64,000 nucleotides of DNA, taken from the NCBI GenBank assembly GCA_963726255.1, contig CAVSBL010000002.1, forward strand, positions 1,472,001 through 1,536,000, read 5' to 3'. A program made the position numbers and the translations under genes. The notes under the pieces were generated by a model that saw only the letters and a list, made by a program, of their open reading frames with translations, did not search any database and was not told the DNA's origin. Each line of letters opens with the position of its first letter. Position 1 is the first letter of the stretch. The DNA comes from Candidatus Bathyarchaeota archaeon (GTDB taxonomy: Archaea; Thermoproteota; Bathyarchaeia; 40CM-2-53-6). Shown one piece after another: positions 20,901-31,135 of this stretch.

Positions 20901-21045
20901 ACAACAACCCGCTTCTAGTCTGAAAAACCAATGCATGGCGCTTAAGCGCGGTATGGGAAGTGATGTTTAGTCTGATTGCTGAGTAATGTGTAAATATGGA
21001 TTCAACTACGGGCCGTAGTTCGAATCCTAAGGATATGGTTCCGTC

Positions 21046-22269
21046 TTGAAACCCAAACCAATTATCTCGCAAAAGATTGCCGTCGTCCTAATCATCTCGG
21101 TTATGGTCCTGGTATCGCTTTCGGCGTATTCGAGCTTTGTCGTCTTGTCGGAAGCCTCCCAAATCTCACAACTGAAGAGGCTTAGCTCCAATTTGCAAGC
21201 CAGGAACAGCCAATTGGAAAACGCCCTGTCGTCTCAGGCTCCGCTTGCCGGAAACGCTTCTTTCGGCCTCAGTCCGGTTACGATATATGACAGCTCAAAT
21301 CGCAGCGTGGTAACGGTTCAGAGCACCCAGGTCTCCGTTGTTGAAACCATTTTTGGGCCGCAGACCACAACATCGAGCGTGCTTGGGTCGGGTTTCGTGG
21401 TGGACTATTCGAACGCATATTACATAGTGACTAACTTTCACGTGATCGATAGCACCGTCAACACTACCGTAACATTCTGGGACGGTGACTCCTACCCAGC
21501 GAAAGTAATAGGCTCCGACCCCCTCAGCGACATAGCTGTAATTGTAACACATGCGTCGGAGAGCGACCTCCACCCCCTCGAATTCGCATCATCATCTTAC
21601 CTTAGGGTCGGACAGATAGTGATGGCAATCGGTAGCCCCTTCGGCCTTACAGGTTCCATCACATATGGAATAGTAAGCCAGTTGGGGAGAAACATTCAGT
21701 ATCAATCTGCCACTCAGGCAATCTCAGTGGCGGACGTTATCCAGTTCAGTGCCCCCATAAACCCAGGAAATTCTGGAGGACCACTCTTAGACGCTGCTGG
21801 AAGGGTGGTAGGAATCACAACCGCCACAGCAAGTGGCTCCCAAGGTGTCGGTTTCGCGATTCCATCCGACACCATACTTCAGGAGCTCCCCTCTATCATA
21901 ACTAGCGGGGGGTACCATAACCATCCAGCGATGGGAATTGAAGCTGTCGACGTGAATTACGAACTCTCACAAGCGGCGGGCGCAAACGTGACCTACGGCG
22001 TATTAATAGAAAAGACCGTTTTAGGAGGGCCGGCAGACCGAGCAGGCCTGAAAGGCGGGCAGCAAATTGTCACAATCAGCGGCCAACAGTACCTTATCGG
22101 CGGAGACATCATAGTTTCCGTGGACGGAAGCAGGATAGTGAATTATGATGCGCTCTCAACATATTTGGAGAGATACGTCCTCCCGGGACAGACAATTCGG
22201 GTGGGCATAATCAGGTCAGGAAGTTACCAAGAAATACAGGTCACAGTTGGCGCTGCAACCGTCCCATAG
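21046..22269 (+). CDS. Membrane-anchored HtrA/DegP-like serine protease with PDZ domain
   Basis: N-terminal TM, TNFHV (His), SDIAV (Asp), GNSGGPL (Ser), PDZ-like GPADRAGL...GDIIVSVDG. Confidence 0.92.
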   Translation: MKPKPIISQKIAVVLIISVMVLVSLSAYSSFVVLSEASQISQLKRLSSNLQARNSQLENALSSQAPLAGNASFGLSPVTIYDSSNRSVVTVQSTQVSVVETIFGPQTTTSSVLGSGFVVDYSNAYYIVTNFHVIDSTVNTTVTFWDGDSYPAKVIGSDPLSDIAVIVTHASESDLHPLEFASSSYLRVGQIVMAIGSPFGLTGSITYGIVSQLGRNIQYQSATQAISVADVIQFSAPINPGNSGGPLLDAAGRVVGITTATASGSQGVGFAIPSDTILQELPSIITSGGYHNHPAMGIEAVDVNYELSQAAGANVTYGVLIEKTVLGGPADRAGLKGGQQIVTISGQQYLIGGDIIVSVDGSRIVNYDALSTYLERYVLPGQTIRVGIIRSGSYQEIQVTVGAATVP

Positions 22270-22414
22270 ATGAGGAAAAGCTGTCTCAACATCCTGTTTG
22301 CTATTGGGCAAGCTGAACTGCGAAGTACGTTATGAGGTCAAGGCGAAAGCGCAAGCTCTATTGTGTGGATAAACGATTCATCCGATAGTACCAATGAAGG
22401 GATGAAACTGCAGC

Positions 22415-22627
22415 TTGAGTAGGAAGAAAGGCGTGTCGACTGCTGCTTACGTGTTGACCGCCGTGGGGATAGTGGGAATCATCATTTCTCTCGTTACAGA
22501 ACAGTCCGACTACGATCCAGTTGCGTTTGGAATCGCTACCGTTTCAATCTTGATAGCGATTGCCGGCATTGCTCTCGCGTTCAGAATGCCTAATGACAAA
22601 GAAGGAAATAGACCGACAGCCTCTTAG
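22415..22627 (+). CDS. Small two-TM membrane protein
   Basis: 70 aa with two hydrophobic segments. Confidence 0.55.
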   Translation: MSRKKGVSTAAYVLTAVGIVGIIISLVTEQSDYDPVAFGIATVSILIAIAGIALAFRMPNDKEGNRPTAS

Positions 22628-22796
22628 ATGGATTCTAACCTACGTGCGTTATTCCACAGCCTGGCTTCACTTGCTTCCTAACCGTTACGCTGACTTCATC
22701 GACCATTGTCAGTTATTCCCCTCTACCTCGAGTATTGGCAGTTGTGAAGAGTTTTTCTCTGAGAGGATTGGTTTGGCGTAGCCTAGTGTCTAAACC

Positions 22797-24233
22797 GTGC
22801 AGTATCGGTGGGTTGTCCTTTCAGTTACGACAGTCGGCATCTTCATGGCCGGCCTTGACACGCGCATCGTTCTGATCGGCCTTCCCACAATAGCCGAATC
22901 GCTTCGAACTGACCTTGAAACATTGCTATGGGTGACTCAGGGCTACCAGATTGCAATAACGATTGGACTGCTCTTCCTCGGTCGATTCACCGACATCTTC
23001 GGGCGGGTGAAGGTCTACAATCTGGGTTTTGCAATTTTTACTGTCGGTTCTGGGCTTTGCGTTTTTGCGCAAACGGGAGAACAACTGATGATTTTCCGGA
23101 TTATCCAAGGCGCAGGGGCAGCCATGTTGATCGCTAACAGCGCAGCCCTAATTACCGACGCGACGCCGGCGGCGGAGCTTGGCTTTGCTCTTGGGGTTAA
23201 CCAGATTGCGTTTACGCTCGGCGCGGTTCTTGGGTTAACTGTAGGTGGCGTGTTGATCGATACAGTAGGATGGAGAAGCATATTCACACTGAACGTTCCC
23301 ATCGGGATCTTTGGTACTCTCTGGGCTCACCTTCGTCTAAAGGAAATTGCCCAAACCGAAAGACTTGCTAACTTTGATTATGCGGGCCTCTGCTTGTTCA
23401 CGACTTCTCTGACATCGCTTCTGTTGGTGATCACATTCCAGACTATGGCTGCAATCGATAACATCGGAGCCGCAATACTCTATGTCATCAGCATAGTGAC
23501 CTTTGCGCTTTTTCTCTATCTCGAACCGCGCAGGGCTGAGCCGATTCTGGATATGCGGCTCTTCAAAATTCGGCTCTTCTCAGCGGGCAACGTTAGTCAA
23601 TTCTTGTATTCTCTCGGTTTTGGCTCCCTAAGTCTCATCATAATTCTATACTTCCAACTCATTCGAGGGTATACCGCGCTCACTGCTGGACTGCTCTTTC
23701 TACCATTAGATGTCGCCTTCGTGAGCATTGGCCCAATAAGTGGCAAACTTTCGGACAGGTATGGGACACGGGGGTTGGCCACTCTAGGAATGGCTGTGGG
23801 AACAGTTGGTTACGTTGCACTTGCATTTCTTGTAAGTGCTACGACTCCGATAATACAGATAGAGATCGTTCTCATTTTGGTCGGCCTAGGGTTGGGGCTT
23901 TTCTCATCTCCAAACATCAGCGCAGTAATGGGCTCTGTTCCCCCTCAACGGCGTGGCGTTGCCTCAGGAATCAGAGCAACCGTCTTCAACACGGGTAGTG
24001 TGTTAAGCATCGGCCTCGTAGCATACATAATCACGACGGCCATCCCGTACCAAGTTGTATCCGGCATAATCATTGGTGGCTACACGACCCTCATGCCTGG
24101 AGAGGCGTTAGGCTTTGTGACCGGCATCGGCCGCGCATTCCTTGTTGCCGCCGTGATCACCTTGATAGGAATGTTCGCATCGAGCCTACGCGGGCCTGAA
24201 ACGAAGACACATACAGACCTTACCGCAAAATGA
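22797..24233 (+). CDS. MFS transporter, DHA2 (EmrB/QacA) type
   Basis: LDTRIV, GRFTDIFGR, RIIQGAG, WRSIFTLNVPIG and GKLSDRYG motifs; about 14 TM. Confidence 0.92.
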   Translation: MQYRWVVLSVTTVGIFMAGLDTRIVLIGLPTIAESLRTDLETLLWVTQGYQIAITIGLLFLGRFTDIFGRVKVYNLGFAIFTVGSGLCVFAQTGEQLMIFRIIQGAGAAMLIANSAALITDATPAAELGFALGVNQIAFTLGAVLGLTVGGVLIDTVGWRSIFTLNVPIGIFGTLWAHLRLKEIAQTERLANFDYAGLCLFTTSLTSLLLVITFQTMAAIDNIGAAILYVISIVTFALFLYLEPRRAEPILDMRLFKIRLFSAGNVSQFLYSLGFGSLSLIIILYFQLIRGYTALTAGLLFLPLDVAFVSIGPISGKLSDRYGTRGLATLGMAVGTVGYVALAFLVSATTPIIQIEIVLILVGLGLGLFSSPNISAVMGSVPPQRRGVASGIRATVFNTGSVLSIGLVAYIITTAIPYQVVSGIIIGGYTTLMPGEALGFVTGIGRAFLVAAVITLIGMFASSLRGPETKTHTDLTAK

Positions 24234-24259
24234 GATTAAAGCACTCAAGCGAAACTTGC

Positions 24260-24730
24260 TTAGTTCTCACTGATATCGGCGATTTTAGGGCCCAGAATGG
24301 TAACGATGTCTCTAATCCTAACCTCCAGTAGCTTGTCAACATCTCCCCCACCAACGATTGCCGTTTCGTTCTTGAGAACCTGCGGGTCGAGCAGGATGCG
24401 ATGAATGTCGCTGAAGGGACACACCCCTCCAGCAGGATAGCCCGAATGTTTCAGCACTTCCTCGCGGCTCGCGAGCCGGACGTCACTCACAGCGAGGATA
24501 GTCTTGAGCTTCTTGTGGCTAACCTTGCTTTTCGCCGGCACAATTGCGAGCAACGAATCGCCGGCTGAGTCAACCATCACGATAGACTTGACAATCTTCT
24601 CAACCTCAACATTTCTCGCGGCCTGTTCAACCGTCTTCACGGGCTCGTTGAACTCGATGAAGCGGTGCCAAACCTTCTTGGAGCCGAGCAGCAGCCTAAG
24701 TTTCTCAGCGTAATTCGACGATGGCAACAT
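24260..24730 (-). CDS. YbaK/ProX-family aminoacyl-tRNA deacylase (copy 1; start uncertain)
   Basis: KTVEQAA, IVKSIV, RLASREEV, GYPAGGVCPF and GGG motifs. Confidence 0.85.
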   Translation of the reverse strand: MLPSSNYAEKLRLLLGSKKVWHRFIEFNEPVKTVEQAARNVEVEKIVKSIVMVDSAGDSLLAIVPAKSKVSHKKLKTILAVSDVRLASREEVLKHSGYPAGGVCPFSDIHRILLDPQVLKNETAIVGGGDVDKLLEVRIRDIVTILGPKIADISEN

Positions 24731-24864
24731 CTCATTAGAGGGCATTAATGGGGCCAGCTTCCCAAATCTAGGCGATTTAGGTAAACATATTGTTCGAGCA
24801 AACCGCGAAACTCGAAAACCTGTATTAAGAGCATGATGAAACTTCATTCTTGAAGGTGCGGTAA

Positions 24865-25269
24865 ATGCCGCAACGCGCGGGTCTTACAGCTGCTGACATT
24901 ATGACTGAGAATGTTGTGACCAGTGGACCACACGACGGCCTCTGGAGAATCGCGACTCAGATGCAACGCCACAATATTGGATCGGTTGTAATAACGGAAA
25001 AGGGAAAAATACTCGGCATATTGACGGAGAGGGATTTTGTCCGAATAGTTGAACAAGTAGGGGCTTTGCTTGAGAAAAATCTAGCCATACATCATATGAC
25101 CAAGCCCGTCCTTACCGTGCAGTCTGACACGCCGTTGGTGGAAGTCACCAAGCTCATGCGTGAGAAGCATATTAGGCATCTGATTGTGTTAGACAAGAAT
25201 GGTGAAGTGGGGGGAATAATAAGTTCCCGGGACCTGATGAAGGTTACAACTGACATTATGGCGGTCTAA
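24865..25269 (+). CDS. CBS-pair domain protein
   Basis: DIMTENVVT, GILTERDF, HIRHLIV and GIISSRDL motifs. Confidence 0.9.
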   Translation: MPQRAGLTAADIMTENVVTSGPHDGLWRIATQMQRHNIGSVVITEKGKILGILTERDFVRIVEQVGALLEKNLAIHHMTKPVLTVQSDTPLVEVTKLMREKHIRHLIVLDKNGEVGGIISSRDLMKVTTDIMAV

Positions 25270-25292
25270 CGAAACGCGAACGAACTGCCCTT

Positions 25293-25311
25293 CTTCGATT
25301 CTGGATCGAAG
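25293..25311. terminator. Hairpin between convergent genes
   Basis: CTTCGAT-TCTGG-ATCGAAG, a perfect 7-bp stem between the stops at 25269 and 25317. Confidence 0.4.
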
Positions 25312-25316
25312 TGACG

Positions 25317-25787
25317 TTACGGGGACGTGAATTCGGCTACGGTTGGTCCTACTAGGTTGACTAATGCTCGAGTGCTGATCTTCACGCTTTTCGTATGCGA
25401 CCCAGGGTTAAAGTAGACATGCTCCTGGCTCAAGAGGGCTTCATCAAAGAATGTTTCGAGGTTGATGATATTCCCGAGCGGGTAGACGCAGCCTACTGAA
25501 CACCGTGTAATCTCTTCAGCCTCTTCCTTTGGAGCCAAAGAAATAGGCGCTGACTTGGTAATTGTGCCTAACCGGTGGAAGTCAATTTTCTTGTTTCCCG
25601 GGAGAACGGCGAGCACGAAGGTGCCGTCGCTTTTTTTCGCTACCATTGACTTTGCGATATGCGCTTCATCGGTCTTGAGGAATTTCGCCATCTGTGGGCA
25701 AGTGTAGACAGGGTTGTGTTCGAAGACCTCAAATTCAATTCCTTGTGCCTTGAGCGAGGACAGAATCTTCTCTTCGATTTCAGTCAT
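25317..25787 (-). CDS. YbaK/ProX-family aminoacyl-tRNA deacylase (copy 2)
   Basis: EHNPVYT, IAKSMV, GCVYPLG and FNPGSHTKSVKI motifs. Confidence 0.87.
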   Translation of the reverse strand: MTEIEEKILSSLKAQGIEFEVFEHNPVYTCPQMAKFLKTDEAHIAKSMVAKKSDGTFVLAVLPGNKKIDFHRLGTITKSAPISLAPKEEAEEITRCSVGCVYPLGNIINLETFFDEALLSQEHVYFNPGSHTKSVKISTRALVNLVGPTVAEFTSP

Positions 25788-25793
25788 GTGGGT

Positions 25794-27407
25794 CTATTTC
25801 ACGATCCACCTTGATTGCTCGCGCATGAATTGTTGTACGTAATACGGGCCTAATCCGCTTTTGCCAGTGGAGCCACTTCCTTTCCATCCTCCAAAGGAGT
25901 TGACCCCAGGCCATGCACCGGTAGTCGCACCTGCGCGCCTGTTCGCGTAGGTTACACCGGCCTGTATCTGGTCGAAGAAGGTTTGCATTTCCTTTTTCTC
26001 TTTCGTGTAGATCCCAGCGCAGAGCCCGAATTCGGTCTCGTTCGCGAGTCTGAGCGCATCGTCAAATGATTCTACGCCTGCGACTACAACAAACGGTACG
26101 AACAGTTCTTCCTTGAACAGCCGGTGAGTTGGCGGCAAACCATCTACTATTGCTGGTTCGACGAAGTAGCCGTTGTCGTACCCGCCACCCCGCAGTGTGC
26201 TACCTCCAGTGATGAACCTGGCGCCGTCCCGCCTTGCATCTTCTGCCGCTCGCTGGTATGTTTCAACGGCGGCTTTGGTGATGATTGGGCCCAAGAATGT
26301 CTCTTTCCGCGTGGGGTCGCCTACCTTCACGAATTTCTGAGTGTAATCTTTCAGAGATTCTAAGAACCTGTCCTTGACACGTCGGTCAACGTACACGCGT
26401 GAGCATGCGCTGCACTTCTGTCCTCCAAACCCGAAGGCTGCTCGCATGACCCCCTCCGCAGCCTGGTCAAGGTCTGCGTTAGCGGTGATTATTGCTGGAT
26501 TCTTGCCTCCCATCTCCGTAATGACGGGTTTGGGGTAATCTTTTGCGAAGTGGTGGTACACCTGCATCCCCACATCCTTCGAGCCCGTGAAAACGAGCCC
26601 ATCAACCCCTGGGTTTTCTTGGAGTTCGACGCCCACCGTTCCGCCCGGTCCAGTGACAAAGTTGTATACGCCGCGTGGGATTCCAGCGTCAATGAAGGCT
26701 CTGCAGAGCTCGTAACCTAGCAATGGTGAATCGCTTGACGGTTTGAAGACGGCTGTGTTTCCCGCGGCGAGGACGCCTGCGGACATGCCGGTGGTCAATG
26801 CGAGTGGGAAGTTCCATGGGCCAATAACTGCCCAGACTCCGTACGGCCGGAGTATGCTTTCCGTCTCCTGTCCTGGCCCTGGTGGTTCAAGTGGCCGCAA
26901 GAAACCTTTGTTGAGTTCCATCTGCTCGCAGTAGTAACGGACTAGCTCGGCGGCTTCGTTAACTTCTGCTAAGGATTCGGAGCGGCTCTTACCGACTTCG
27001 AAGGCCATCCAAGCCGATAGTTCATATCGCCTTTCAATTATCAGGTCGGCGGCCTTGCGTAGGATTGCGATTCGATCCTTGTATGGTGTCGCGGCCCATT
27101 TTGGATACGCCTGCCTAGCTGCTGCAATTGCAGATTTTACGTCGTCCGTAGTGCCCTTCGGAAAGTAGCTTACTGTTAAGCGAGTGTCTACAGGGGAAAC
27201 GTGAACCATTTCCTCGCCGGTTGCTGGCCGTTCCTGTCCGTTAATGAAGATTGGGTAGTGCTTACCAAGCTTGGCCCTCACCTCCTCAACCGCCGTTTCG
27301 TACGCTTTATCGTCCTTAGGTGTCACCTTGAGGGTTGCGTACGTGATTCGGGGCACCTTTGCTGTCGACTTGCTTCTCGTTTTTCTCTTCGCTTTCTTTG
27401 CCACCAC
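25794..27407 (-). CDS. Aldehyde dehydrogenase, probable 1-pyrroline-5-carboxylate dehydrogenase (RocA/PruA-like)
   Basis: PWNFP, FTGS, EMGGKN, AFGFGGQKCSACSR, EELF and FGGWKGSG; the GQKCSA context is typical of P5C dehydrogenases. Confidence 0.8.
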   Translation of the reverse strand: MVAKKAKRKTRSKSTAKVPRITYATLKVTPKDDKAYETAVEEVRAKLGKHYPIFINGQERPATGEEMVHVSPVDTRLTVSYFPKGTTDDVKSAIAAARQAYPKWAATPYKDRIAILRKAADLIIERRYELSAWMAFEVGKSRSESLAEVNEAAELVRYYCEQMELNKGFLRPLEPPGPGQETESILRPYGVWAVIGPWNFPLALTTGMSAGVLAAGNTAVFKPSSDSPLLGYELCRAFIDAGIPRGVYNFVTGPGGTVGVELQENPGVDGLVFTGSKDVGMQVYHHFAKDYPKPVITEMGGKNPAIITANADLDQAAEGVMRAAFGFGGQKCSACSRVYVDRRVKDRFLESLKDYTQKFVKVGDPTRKETFLGPIITKAAVETYQRAAEDARRDGARFITGGSTLRGGGYDNGYFVEPAIVDGLPPTHRLFKEELFVPFVVVAGVESFDDALRLANETEFGLCAGIYTKEKKEMQTFFDQIQAGVTYANRRAGATTGAWPGVNSFGGWKGSGSTGKSGLGPYYVQQFMREQSRWIVK

Positions 27408-27515
27408 TAATCATTCCCTCAGATTCGATTGAATCTTGATTACTTGAATTTACCTAGAGCCTCTCCATTATGGGATTATGAGCAGGGCGTGCTTATTTCG
27501 CCGTATTGTAGCCGA

Positions 27516-28229
27516 TTACGAGGCCAGGACCCCCAGGTAAAGCCTCCCGAGTTCCCTGTGTTCGAGCAGTTCCCGAGCGGTTCCTTCGAAAGTATTCTTG
27601 CCACCCACCAGCAGGTAAGCAATGTCGCCTATCTCCAGGGCGCGTTTTGCGTTTTGCTCTGCGAGAATCACGGTCAAGCCGATATCTTTGGCGAGCGACG
27701 CAATGAGGTTTAGGACCTGTGTTGCAATTTTCGGCGCCAAATTTGCGGTCGGTTCATCGAACATCATTACGTTTGGTTCCCTGACGAGCGCTAAGGCCAT
27801 CGCAAGCATCTGCCGCTCTCCACCACTAAGGCTGAATGCTTTGGTGTTCGTGTAGGCTGAAAGCTGTGGAAAGAGTTCGAAGATTCTCTTTAGTCGTCTC
27901 CGATAATCGTCTTGGCTAATCTTGTACCCCGCAAGTTTCAGGTTCTCTGTGATAGTGAGGTTCGTGAATACATTGTCGGTCTGGGGGAGAAAAGCGATAC
28001 CGCTTCTGGCTATTTTATGAGAGGGCCAGCCTGTGATATCCTGCTCGTTATGTTTTATCGTTCCCTGATATAGCGTCGTGAGGCCGGCGACCGTTTTCAG
28101 GAGTGTGCTCTTGCCCGAGCCGTTTGGGCCGACGATGACGGTGACCTCGCTGGCTTTGGCGTTCAGCCTAACGCCGTTGAGAATTTGAAGTTTCCCGTAG
28201 CCAGCGAAGACATCTTTGACGTCCAGCAA
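27516..28229 (-). CDS. livF: Branched-chain amino acid-type ABC transporter ATPase
   Basis: GPNGSGKST, LSGGERQMLA, DEP and EQN motifs. Confidence 0.9.
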   Translation of the reverse strand: MLDVKDVFAGYGKLQILNGVRLNAKASEVTVIVGPNGSGKSTLLKTVAGLTTLYQGTIKHNEQDITGWPSHKIARSGIAFLPQTDNVFTNLTITENLKLAGYKISQDDYRRRLKRIFELFPQLSAYTNTKAFSLSGGERQMLAMALALVREPNVMMFDEPTANLAPKIATQVLNLIASLAKDIGLTVILAEQNAKRALEIGDIAYLLVGGKNTFEGTARELLEHRELGRLYLGVLAS

Positions 28230-28232
28230 TTT

Positions 28233-28997
28233 TCACGCGCCCAAGTATGCTTCTATCACTCTTGGATCGTTGATCACTTGTTCGGGCGGGCCGGCTGCAA
28301 GAAGCCTACCGGATGCCATCGCGTTCACGTAATCGACGTATTTGAGAGCGATGTCGAGCCTGTGTTCTACGATGAAGAATGTTATTCCATATTGCTCTCT
28401 CAGCCGAATGATTCTTGCGAATATTTCGTGAGCTAGGGTTGGATTAACTCCTGACACGGGTTCGTCAAGCAAGTATAGGTTGGCATCACTCATTAGGGCT
28501 CTCCCAATTTCAACTAACTTCATCTGTCCACCGCTCAGGAGCGACGCCGGTGTGTTCAAATGTTCGGACAAGCCGAGCAATTCGAGTATTTTCGACGCCT
28601 TCTCAACAGCGTCTGCCTCATGTTTTGCCCAAAGCCGTTTGACAAGCGACTTGGCGAGTGACTCTCCTGGGTGATTCTTCTCGGCGACGAGCAAGTTCTC
28701 CAGCACCGTGAGCTTGCCGAACATCGACGGTATTTGGAAGGTCCTCGCGATTCCTGTTCGATATACCTGCTGGGGTGACCATCCCGTTATCTCGGTTGTG
28801 CCATAATAGATCTGCCCTTCGTCGGGTTTTTGGAAGCCTGTTATGACATTGATCAACGTGGTCTTTCCCGAGCCGTTTGGCCCGATGAGAATGCTCACTG
28901 TCTTCGCGTCCACGTTGAGCGTAACCCCATCCAAGGCGTGAAGATTGCCGAACGACCTCTTTACGCCTTTGACTTGCAGGAGGTTACCCATGCTCAT
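28233..28997 (-). CDS. livG: Branched-chain amino acid-type ABC transporter ATPase
   Basis: GPNGSGKTT, RTFQ, LSGGQ, VEH and VIEAYLG motifs. Confidence 0.9.
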   Translation of the reverse strand: MSMGNLLQVKGVKRSFGNLHALDGVTLNVDAKTVSILIGPNGSGKTTLINVITGFQKPDEGQIYYGTTEITGWSPQQVYRTGIARTFQIPSMFGKLTVLENLLVAEKNHPGESLAKSLVKRLWAKHEADAVEKASKILELLGLSEHLNTPASLLSGGQMKLVEIGRALMSDANLYLLDEPVSGVNPTLAHEIFARIIRLREQYGITFFIVEHRLDIALKYVDYVNAMASGRLLAAGPPEQVINDPRVIEAYLGA

Positions 28998-28998
28998 C

Positions 28999-30027
28999 TC
29001 ACTTCTTTGGCTGCACGGCTGAAGTCTCTCTTTGCAATGTTCCAACAAGGCCTTCAGGTCTGTAGATGAGAATTAGGATCGTTATGAGGCCAAGTAGAAG
29101 ATAGTTCAGCCAGACTACGTCGAATGGAAGTATCCCGACGAACGCGTACTTGTAGTAGAGTATTAGCTTATTCAGAGACACGAAAACGAAAGTTCCCACC
29201 AGCGCCCCCCTATTGCTTCCCATTCCCCCCAGCAAAATCATAAGCCAAGGCAGAAACGTCCAATCAAACCTAGCATAGGTAGGGGTTACGGCGCCACTGT
29301 ACATAACCCACAGGCTTCCCGCAAATCCACACAACGTCGAGCCAACCAAAATTGCCACGGTCCTATATCGAGTGATGTCCTTACCAAGCGACCTCGCCAC
29401 CACCTCATTGTCCCGAATGGCTTTCAGAGTCCTTCCGAGAGGAGTCTTGATAAGATAACCAGCATAGGCAAAGACTCCGATTGCCACCAAGAGTAGCACG
29501 AAAGTGCCCGCGTAGAATCTATACTGCCCTGCCCATCCTAAGACGTCTGGGACACTAACGCCTGGAGGCCCGCCTAGGAGGGGCTTGTAGCCGACTCCTA
29601 TGACGTTGAGTATCTCTCCGAACGCCAGAAGCGTGATCGCCAAGTAATCTTCCCTAAGCCTAACCGCAGGTGCTGACGAAATGAGGCCCATGGCCGCGCC
29701 CGCAACGCCGCCAATCGCGAGGAACAGAACCAAGAATCCGATGGCTATGAGAGGCTGTGATGTTAAAGTGGGGTTGATCAGCGCCAGTACGGAAACATTG
29801 TTGATAATAGGACTCAGGTCCGTATGAATGCCGAGCAAACTCAAAGCGAGTCTTGTTGATAGACCGCCTGTGAAGTAGGCCCCGCCTGCGACCGCAAAGA
29901 GAATGCCGAAATTAGGTATTCCAGTTATGCCCTCCTGCAAGTTGAGGCCTATGTTGATGATTAAGTAGACTGCGAACAGAGCTAGGAGATCAGTTGTGAA
30001 AAGGACTAGTTGGTCTAGCCCCGACAT
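28999..30027 (-). CDS. livM: Branched-chain amino acid-type ABC permease
   Basis: RLREDYLAITLLAFGE, GRTLKAIRDNE, LGGMGS and RPEGL motifs. Confidence 0.88.
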   Translation of the reverse strand: MSGLDQLVLFTTDLLALFAVYLIINIGLNLQEGITGIPNFGILFAVAGGAYFTGGLSTRLALSLLGIHTDLSPIINNVSVLALINPTLTSQPLIAIGFLVLFLAIGGVAGAAMGLISSAPAVRLREDYLAITLLAFGEILNVIGVGYKPLLGGPPGVSVPDVLGWAGQYRFYAGTFVLLLVAIGVFAYAGYLIKTPLGRTLKAIRDNEVVARSLGKDITRYRTVAILVGSTLCGFAGSLWVMYSGAVTPTYARFDWTFLPWLMILLGGMGSNRGALVGTFVFVSLNKLILYYKYAFVGILPFDVVWLNYLLLGLITILILIYRPEGLVGTLQRETSAVQPKK

Positions 30028-30934
30028 CACTTGGACCTCCGAAACCGCAGGCCTGCTAGGCCCCGGGGCGCAACGATCAACGTGACAGACAGCACGACGA
30101 GCGGAACGATAGGCTCGTAGAATGAAACCCACGGGCCGACGACCGAGGCCAGCACCGACGTTCCGACCACATCGACCAAGCCCAGCAAAAGTCCGCCCAA
30201 TACTGCCCCGTATATCTGCTCAAGACCTCCAACTATGCTCGCGCAGAATATACTGGCCAGCAGGACGGTTCCAGTACTTGGGTTGATCTCTATCCATAGT
30301 GGGATAAGAGCTCCGGCAACACCTGCGAGTCCCCCGCGATGAACCATGACACTGCTAGCATCATGCTAACATTGATGCCGATTGCTTCCGAAAGAGAAGG
30401 GTTTTCCATCGACGCCCTCAACGCTATGCCCAACGTAGTAAAATTCAACAACAGGTACATTGCAGCCGAGCAGAGGGCTAACGTTCCGAGTGCCACGAAA
30501 AGTATACCCGGTTGACCCATGAACTTGAAATCTAATCCGCTTAACAGAACATTCCGGGAAGGAACCTTGTAAACTGTGTTCAAGTAGTCGGCGTGTATGT
30601 TCGTAACGCCGAGCATAATGATATCAAACGCTAGAGTTGCGATCATTAACATTACAGTTGATGAGTTTCTCCTCCTCATCGGTTCGAGAACCGCATAGAA
30701 AAGCAATAAACCGACAAGACCTACCAGGATGAAAGCGATTGGCACGCCGAGATATGGGTTCGGACTTAGGATGACGGTTGAGGTGTAGGTGACGTAGGCG
30801 GCCACAGTCACGAAGGATGCGTGGGCAAAATTAGCAACCTTCGTCGTCCTGTAAAGTAGAGTGACCCCGAGCGCCATAAGTGACAGAATCGCTGAGAAGG
30901 TAAGCCATCCCACAATCGTCGGAAGGAACTCCAT
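30027..30934 (-). CDS. livH: Branched-chain amino acid-type ABC permease, frameshift in a G5 run at 30331-30335
   Basis: NFAHA and GIALRASMEN in one frame; GLAGVAGAL, IVGGL and PRGL in the next. Adding one G restores SWFIAGGLAGVAG. Confidence 0.88.
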
Positions 30935-31105
30935 TAACCTCAGCCACCCATTCTCGAGCTTCGAGCCTCTTTCAGAGGCACCCTCTTAGGAGTCACGTAT
31001 CAACATCCTACTTACAATTAAGATGACCCACACCGTATATGGTAGTGTCTCTCGGGAATTCGTGCCGTCAGAACTCATGTTTCTCCCGATTGGAGTCACA
31101 CCCTG

Positions 31106-31130
31106 AAAAAAAGAAAAGAGGGGGTTTTTG
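31106..31130 (-). terminator. Oligo-T terminator-like tract after the binding-protein gene
   Basis: Minus strand reads CCCCCTCTTTTCTTTTTTT just after the stop at 31136. Confidence 0.55.
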
Positions 31131-31135
31131 TGAGG

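Noticed and set aside
30027-30347. Separate 106-aa permease gene
   Set aside because: It is the C-terminal part of frameshifted livH.
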